DNA of 64,000 nt, taken from the NCBI GenBank assembly GCA_965116875.1, contig OZ220733.1, forward strand, positions 5,376,001 to 5,440,000, written 5' to 3'. The notes beneath the pieces are model-generated. The model saw only the letters and a list, made by a program, of their open reading frames with translations. It did no database searches and had not been told where the DNA came from. Positions within the stretch are counted from its first letter, which is position 1; the number at the start of each line of letters is the position of its first letter. The DNA is from Candidatus Latescibacterota bacterium (lineage in GTDB: Bacteria; Latescibacterota; UBA2968; GCA-2709665). This document shows positions 58,203 to 64,000 of this stretch, one piece after another. Both the position numbers and the translations under genes were made by a program.

Positions 58203-59579
58203 CTACCTGCTGAACGCGTCGGGCCTGGTGGAGTCCGAGGGCCAGTACCCGTCGCGGCTCGGGTGCCAGCGCTTGCCGCACAGGTCGGAGATCACGCTCC
58301 ATTCGGGGGCGCTCAGATCAGGGTCCGGCTGGAACAGGAAGCGCTGCAGGCCGGCCCGCTCGGAGGCGGTCAGGATGCCGTGCAGGTCGCGGGCGGTCAT
58401 GGGCTCGCCCCCGTGCGGACGGCGCCCCGTCGACACCCAGGCGATCACCTTGTTCACATCCCCGATGGCCTCCAGCGCTCGGCGCGTCTCGTTGTACACC
58501 AGCTCCGAGAAGAACTCCTCGGGGAACCCCAGTTCCATGTCCGCCAGGGTCTGCACCCCGGGAAGCTCCAGCCCCAGGAAGGCCTTGACCACGGCGAAGC
58601 CGTCTGCCTCCAACAGGGTCGGGTTCCAGTCCAGGACCTGCTGCACCCAGCGGGCCATGGTGCCGTAGAGGCCGTCATTCCCGCGGTGCCAGAAGTAGTG
58701 CTTGGGGCAGACGTAGTCGAAGTACTCCGCCATCTCGCCAAATTCGTGCCCGGTCAGTGACGAGAAAGCGGCGGTGCGCGGAATGCCCCCCAGCTCCACC
58801 TTCCCTCCCACTCTCTGCATCTGCGCGTGCACGGCGCGCATGAACCCCCGCGCCGCTTCGCGGCGGGCGCGCAGCCAGTACAGGGCATCCTCGTTCAGGT
58901 CGAACAGGTTCAGTGCCCCCAGCATGCCGCCGGACGCGTGGTAGCGCACCAGATCCGGAGTCAGGTTGTGGAAACGCTCGTTCAGGTGCGCCATGCCGCG
59001 GGCGACGCGCTCCACATCGGCGCCGATGGCTTCCAGGCGGTGCCGCATGCGACCGTCCAGTTCCAGTAGGGCCTGACCCCGATGGAAGGCAAGTTCGTAG
59101 AAGGTCTCACCGGGCTGGTCCAGGATGACGCCGTGGGCCTGGGGATAGGCACTGGCCAGGTCGTGCACCCCGGCGGCCACCTCGATGGCCCCGAAAGGGT
59201 CCTCCTCCTCGGCTAGGCCGCTGGTGGTACCCTGGCCCCGCTGGTAGAGCAGCCGGAGCCCGTCTCTGGAGTCGAAGATCATGATGTGCCAGCCCCGGGA
59301 GGCGGCGTTGTCGAGGAGCGCGTGGAGCTGCTTCTCCCTCTCGGGGGTGCGGGCCGTTTCCGGGGGCGGCTTGATGCCGAACGCGGCGTACACCTTTGGG
59401 TCCGCCGCAAACGAGGGGGTGAGGGTGTCCCCCCACAACGGCATGCCGGCCTCGTTCCTGAGCCACATCCGTCCCACCACGATGCCGCCCACCCCTCCCG
59501 CCTCCCACGCGTCGAAGATGCGCGGGTAATCGTCCAGCCAGTGCTCCAGGGGATTGTGCACGAAGATCCAGGGTACCAT
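58203..59579 (-). CDS. Hypothetical protein (possible TIM-barrel)
   Basis: 458 aa high-GC ORF with strong codon bias and GAGGTG RBS. Confidence 0.75.
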   Translation of the reverse strand: MVPWIFVHNPLEHWLDDYPRIFDAWEAGGVGGIVVGRMWLRNEAGMPLWGDTLTPSFAADPKVYAAFGIKPPPETARTPEREKQLHALLDNAASRGWHIMIFDSRDGLRLLYQRGQGTTSGLAEEEDPFGAIEVAAGVHDLASAYPQAHGVILDQPGETFYELAFHRGQALLELDGRMRHRLEAIGADVERVARGMAHLNERFHNLTPDLVRYHASGGMLGALNLFDLNEDALYWLRARREAARGFMRAVHAQMQRVGGKVELGGIPRTAAFSSLTGHEFGEMAEYFDYVCPKHYFWHRGNDGLYGTMARWVQQVLDWNPTLLEADGFAVVKAFLGLELPGVQTLADMELGFPEEFFSELVYNETRRALEAIGDVNKVIAWVSTGRRPHGGEPMTARDLHGILTASERAGLQRFLFQPDPDLSAPEWSVISDLCGKRWHPSRDGYWPSDSTRPDAFSR

Positions 59580-59737
59580 CGCGTCACCTCTCTCTGGGGT
59601 TACCCCAGTTTAGTGGACGGTTCCTTAACAGCACATTCAATGAGCATCCACAGCCAGAAACCTATCATGCCCAAGAGGAGGACAAGCAGGATTTCCCAAA
59701 GACCTATTCCGAACATTCTCGCCTCCCTTGTTTTCGG

Positions 59738-60082
59738 TCAATCGAATGGTTGATAATTATCTCGAGCTTTGGATTTAGGGAAGATCTGACTCGGGATTTC
59801 TCCGCTGTCGCATAAATCCAAGTATTGGTGTGTAGGCACGTGACGGATGTATACTTTGCCCCGGTTGAAGTGAATAGATACAACAAGACGGTACTTGCTG
59901 CCGGCGATGTTGAAAACAACGAATTCGCCGACCTTGTCGGCCGAAGGAAAGGTGTGGCGCAATGCCGCGAAACTCCCAAACTGAGTTTGCCGCATGATCT
60001 TGAACCAGCGACTCAGAGGCTTCTCACTGTCGGGATGCTGTGCCCAAAACGCTCGGAGGGCTTTGCGTGAGATTACATGCAC
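59738..60082 (-). CDS. higB: HigB family toxin with altered C-terminus and no antitoxin downstream
   Basis: MHVISRKAL..FW..HP...FPSADKV..VFNIAGSKYRLV..I.F...KVYIRHV.TH. Confidence 0.82.
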   Translation of the reverse strand: MHVISRKALRAFWAQHPDSEKPLSRWFKIMRQTQFGSFAALRHTFPSADKVGEFVVFNIAGSKYRLVVSIHFNRGKVYIRHVPTHQYLDLCDSGEIPSQIFPKSKARDNYQPFD

Positions 60083-60173
60083 CTACATAATATATCGTAG
60101 TAAGCGATATGCCGCAAATATCCTGCCCCGCGTCCCAATCCACGGGCCTGACTCGACGCCATTGCTGCCTTTC

Positions 60174-60273
60174 GTCTAATCTTCTGGCCATTCGCGCATC
60201 CGCGTAGCGGGTTGCCGAATGGCCGAAGGAGCGTCGCGACTGAAGCGCTCCCCGATAGAGCGAAGCATTAGAG
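60174..60273 (-). repeat. attC-family site (degenerate)
   Basis: CCGCGTAGCGGGTTGCCGAATGGCC interior; cores AAT/ATT. Confidence 0.6.
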
Positions 60274-60725
60274 CGGCTGACCTTCAACGCACACCATTAG
60301 AATTTTGTCTCGCTCTGAAATTATCGCTGTACCCTGACATTGCCGATCGACACCCCAAAGGACTCAAATTCGGCTCCTGCATTGTTGAAAGTTCCTTGTG
60401 CGCCGACTTGCAGAGGTTGTGGATGGTCCTTAGTCGGAAGTCGGCACGTTCCAGATGGTACCTGTAACACCTCGGATACTCTCTGGCAAACCTACAGAAC
60501 TCGCCATACTTATCCGCATCCTTCCCTTCGAGTTCTCGCCAAATTGTATCCATGGTCAAGACGACCCCAGGGGATCCCCGACGCATTGAATGCAAGCCGA
60601 GAATAGGATGGATTCCCGTGCTGTAACCTGGAAGGCTCATGTTGTCAGATTGGCTCGGAGTCTGATTGCAGCTAACGTTTGGCGTCTGCGAAGGGGACTG
60701 GCCCGGCGAAGCCGGATTGGCGCAT

Positions 60726-60803
60726 TGCGACGAGGTCGTGAAGGGTGATGAAGTAGACGCGATGGCCGGCTTCGAGTGCTTTAAGTGCCAGTCCGATAGC
60801 CAG
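60726..60803 (-). pseudogene. istB: IS21-family helper ATPase fragment
   Basis: LAIGLALKALEAGHRVYFITLHDLV, the segment that follows Walker A in IstB. Confidence 0.7.
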
Positions 60804-61093
60804 GTCGGGAGCTTCCGGGTACACGGTCTGGTATCGGACGGTCTGAACCCGATGCGCCCATCGTGGTCTTCCAGGCGCGTCCACCGGCCTCGACCCGGGT
60901 CGTAGCGCCACAGGTCGTTCAATGAGCCCTGGACGGAAAGATCTCCAGGCCCTTTCGGCCGGCCGTACATCACTTTGATCCCCCCGAAGAGGTAGACGCA
61001 TCCATCGTAGCTCAACATCCCGCCGAAGGCCGCCCGCCTGCAGGGTACATCCTCGTCTTGCTCCCGGTCCGGATGCAGCAGTTCCCACTTCAT
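60798..61093 (-). pseudogene. 5' fragment of duplicated Kelch gene
   Basis: Near-identical to 56446-56741; breaks at KLPTWL into the istB fragment. Confidence 0.85.
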
Positions 61094-61183
61094 AGCGGAC
61101 CTCCGCACGGCCTGAACTCAATTCGGCAGAGAAAGTTCGGCATATGCCGTTCATAGCCAAAAAAGTTGAACCCCTGAATGGCT

Positions 61184-62641
61184 TCAGGACGCATAAAGAG
61201 CAAACAGCCTGGCGCGGTCCAGGTACACTTTGACCTTTAAGCCGCCGCGAGCCTGTGAGACCATCTTCTCTTCGAGCCCGCCTTCGTTATCCCCTACTGC
61301 GCCTTGCGGATCGCTTTTCCATTGTACCCGGTATTCTGTTTCATTCGCTGAGAAGGGTATGCAGTCTTCTTTGCCAAAACCCGGCACGACCCGGTCAAAC
61401 GGATCGACAATCTCCACTTGCAGCGACCCGCCGGTCGCATCGGCGTTGATCCATAATGCATTGGGGTCGATACTCAGCGGGACCGTGGTCACCACCCCCT
61501 GCGCCTCCGCCTTCAGGCAGATCAGCCGGTCTTTTTCGATTTTTGCCAGGTTGATTCCCCGCCGGGATTCTTCGCCGTAGCGCGTCCCCTCGCCGTGCAG
61601 TTCGTTTGAGCAACTGTGATAGAGCCAGATTTCGCCGCCGCGGACAAAGGGGGAATGAGACGGATAGACACTGCCACTGTCGTGGCTGCCACGGGGGCCG
61701 CATTCCAGAATGGGTTCGCGGTTGCCCGCCCGATGCCACGTCCGGCCGTCCTTAGAGTAGGTCAACTGAATGTCCATCCGGTTCATCCATTCGGGCATCC
61801 AGTCTTCGATCCGGTTCCGGGCGATCCACCCTTCGTGGAGCGTGTGAAACACGGACAGGAAGCCGATACGAAAGTCGCGATACGCCAGCGAACTCATGCC
61901 GTAAAACTCCCGGTCCTGCGGGGGATCGTGCTCATCGGGCGCGACGATGATCTTGCGCGGGGTCCAGTTTTCGAAATCATCGCTTTCGGCCATGCAGATG
62001 ATGCGCACGTTCGGCCGGCCCCGCAGATAAACGACGTAGCGGTGGATTCTTGCATCCCAATAGGCGACCAGATGGGTATCCGAGCCCTGTGGAATGACCG
62101 GGTTCAGCCAGCGCTGGGGCACGTTCCAATGAATTCCGTCGGCAGAATACGCCACACACACCGGCTGGACAATGCCGGCGAAGATCATGTCTCCACTCTG
62201 AAACATAAAGAGCATCTTGTAGCGCTTGCCGGGGTCTGTTTCGGTAGGGTCTTTCATGACGCCTGTCCCGGCCCCCCACCTCAAAAAGGGAAAGACCAGG
62301 TTATTCGCTTTGCTGCCGCCGTCCTCGACGAGGTTCAGGACAGGTTTTTCCCAGTGGATCCCGTCCCGCGACACGGCGTAGGCCAGTCCGTCCGCACTTT
62401 CGCCGCGCGCTTCGCTCAATCTCCGGCTCACGCCGTACCACATCTTGAAGATGTTTTCGTCGTCGTCATACAGGACGTTGACGTAACCGCCAATCAGCCA
62501 CTCCTCTTCCCAGGCCCGATCCTTCTCCAACAGCGGCTGTTGCGAGACCTTCTTTGCGGGCACGACCCCTTGCAAGACGCCGTCGAGACTCTCGACAAAC
62601 GTATTGTCAATGAACAGGAAGGCCGATTTCTCGTCCGTCAT
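61184..62641 (-). CDS. Five-bladed beta-propeller glycosidase-like protein (GH32/43/130 clan)
   Basis: FKMWY, YAVSRDGIHWEKP, AYSADGIHW, SDDFENW, YSKDGRTW repeats. Confidence 0.8.
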   Translation of the reverse strand: MTDEKSAFLFIDNTFVESLDGVLQGVVPAKKVSQQPLLEKDRAWEEEWLIGGYVNVLYDDDENIFKMWYGVSRRLSEARGESADGLAYAVSRDGIHWEKPVLNLVEDGGSKANNLVFPFLRWGAGTGVMKDPTETDPGKRYKMLFMFQSGDMIFAGIVQPVCVAYSADGIHWNVPQRWLNPVIPQGSDTHLVAYWDARIHRYVVYLRGRPNVRIICMAESDDFENWTPRKIIVAPDEHDPPQDREFYGMSSLAYRDFRIGFLSVFHTLHEGWIARNRIEDWMPEWMNRMDIQLTYSKDGRTWHRAGNREPILECGPRGSHDSGSVYPSHSPFVRGGEIWLYHSCSNELHGEGTRYGEESRRGINLAKIEKDRLICLKAEAQGVVTTVPLSIDPNALWINADATGGSLQVEIVDPFDRVVPGFGKEDCIPFSANETEYRVQWKSDPQGAVGDNEGGLEEKMVSQARGGLKVKVYLDRARLFALYAS

Positions 62642-62894
62642 TGGTGTCTCCTGGTGTTGTTTTGCTCCCTAATCTTCGCGTGAACTCGCAGAGCTTACAA
62701 TGAGTTCAAACGGTGAATCCATTCGCTGTGCAGAAATCAGAATGGAGTGGTTGTTGATTCTTGTGCGGGTCTTCCGGGTGGGGGTGTCGGGTTTGGTGCG
62801 CTGCGGGCATTTGTTGTTATTAGCGGGAGCAGTAAGTAGTTGACATCTGTTGTGCCTGTTACTGCGGAGAGGAACTTGCCCAAGCTGGGACGCT

Positions 62895-62972
62895 GAGCTT
62901 GTCGAAGCGCCCGCGTTTCGGCGAGCTTTTCCTTCGCCGACCCTTCGACAAGCTCAGGGAGCGGCTCAGGGT
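62895..62972. repeat. REP-like cluster
   Basis: TGAGCTTGTCGAAG ... CCCTTCGACAAGCTCAGG inverted pair. Confidence 0.7.
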
Positions 62973-63078
62973 GGCCCGTCAATGTTCTGAAAAAGTAGAC
63001 TATCGGGTGCTGCCCGTAATCTGTGTTAGTATGGCCGACATGGTGGTTCGAGCTTTCAGGACGCTAGACTTGGGAGTC

Positions 63079-63942
63079 TTATATCAATGTTTCCACAGCC
63101 TTCAAAAGGGTATCAGAGGCTACTGAGTAGCCCTGGTGGGCTTCAAAATTGAGAATTGCAACTCGCGTTTTCCAAAGTCCATCCAGAGTTTCAGCCGCTT
63201 CATATGTTGTCGTACAGTCGGTTACAACGATAGGCATGTAACCCATGCGACTCATATTTCTTATGCCATGAGGTTTATTCATCAGACATTCATCGGTCTC
63301 AAAGCCCATATAGAACAGAATCTTGATACGCTTTTCAGCAAGCAGCCGATGAAACTGGTCCCCGGAATACACCAGTAAATCGCCCTCCCGGGGTTCAACG
63401 GGTTCAGGTATCGATATTTGATGATAGAGTTTCCCATGAATATTCGCCCAATCCTTCATGCGGAATATCAATTCGCGATGCTGATTTTTCCAATTATCCA
63501 CCCACTCTTGAGGAGGCCATTGACTGTCTCGATCTTCGTTTGAACTCTCAGAAGAAGCAGAATTCGCGGACAGGCTTTGGCGTTCTTCAACGGTTGTTGA
63601 CCGATTCCATTGAGGGTAGTCTTTCAGAAAATCCGCTTGATTGCAGTGAAAAATCTGGAAATCCATCTCCCGGAGCCTATTTACCAGTGGCCCGACTTTT
63701 GTCTCCGTAATTCGGCGTTTTCGTTCTGCGTGGGAGCGACCTCGTTCAAAACTTCGATCGCCAAGTTCCTCGTCGAAGGGGCCATCATCCCAACCAAAAT
63801 TCCAGAAATCGACCAACGCAATCCCCACTTCCTTGACGTCAAAGGTAAATGGGATGCTACGCCGGGAAAATGTCTCCTCAGTGTACGGCAATCCATCCTG
63901 GGGGCTGCGTGGCGTATATTCAAGATCGACCGTGAAACCCAT
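63079..63942 (-). CDS. Isochorismatase/cysteine hydrolase-like protein
   Basis: IALVDFWN, FYMGFETDECL, IVVTDCTT. Confidence 0.75.
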   Translation of the reverse strand: MGFTVDLEYTPRSPQDGLPYTEETFSRRSIPFTFDVKEVGIALVDFWNFGWDDGPFDEELGDRSFERGRSHAERKRRITETKVGPLVNRLREMDFQIFHCNQADFLKDYPQWNRSTTVEERQSLSANSASSESSNEDRDSQWPPQEWVDNWKNQHRELIFRMKDWANIHGKLYHQISIPEPVEPREGDLLVYSGDQFHRLLAEKRIKILFYMGFETDECLMNKPHGIRNMSRMGYMPIVVTDCTTTYEAAETLDGLWKTRVAILNFEAHQGYSVASDTLLKAVETLI

Positions 63943-64000
63943 GGGATGTCCTTTTTTTGGCGCAGGACGTGACGTCTGGCGTTTGGGGCAGCATTGCACG

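Noticed and set aside
60284-61108. 274-aa ORF as a real gene
   Set aside because: Chimera of the Kelch 5' fragment, out-of-frame istB DNA and an unrelated gene remnant.
62740-62860. GT-rich stretch as an IS end remnant
   Set aside because: Resembles IS 3' tails, but no partner IR, target duplication or transposase could be identified.
1-64000. Integron integrase, reverse transcriptase, rRNA or tRNA
   Set aside because: No R-H-R-H-Y tyrosine recombinase or YADD motif was found in any ORF, and no recognisable structural RNA genes were seen.

Overview
Bacterial accessory region. About 55 mostly short, functionally unrelated genes lie almost all on the minus strand. They include GNATs, an AAC(3)-family acetyltransferase, three APH-like kinases, three nucleotidyltransferases, methyltransferases, NUDIX hydrolases, ankyrin proteins, an HNH nuclease and toxin-antitoxin genes. 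Many intergenic gaps carry a related ~80-155 bp imperfect palindrome, which on the coding strand begins with an RYYYAAC-like box at or just after a stop codon and ends with a GTTRRRY-like box before the next gene. This is attC architecture. The best reading is a large, ageing integron-type cassette array with its own attC family (many cores are GTC rather than GTT) and no integrase in the window. The array is decaying. An IS1380 splits an ECF sigma gene, and an IS1380 nested inside an IS5/IS1182-like element splits map. Two MITE families and REP-like composites are present, several genes carry single in-frame stops, all TA modules are damaged, and a Kelch/glycosidase gene pair is reciprocally duplicated between IS21 remnants. 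No rRNA, tRNA or CRISPR was seen. All family assignments come from motif recognition by eye; no database searches were run.
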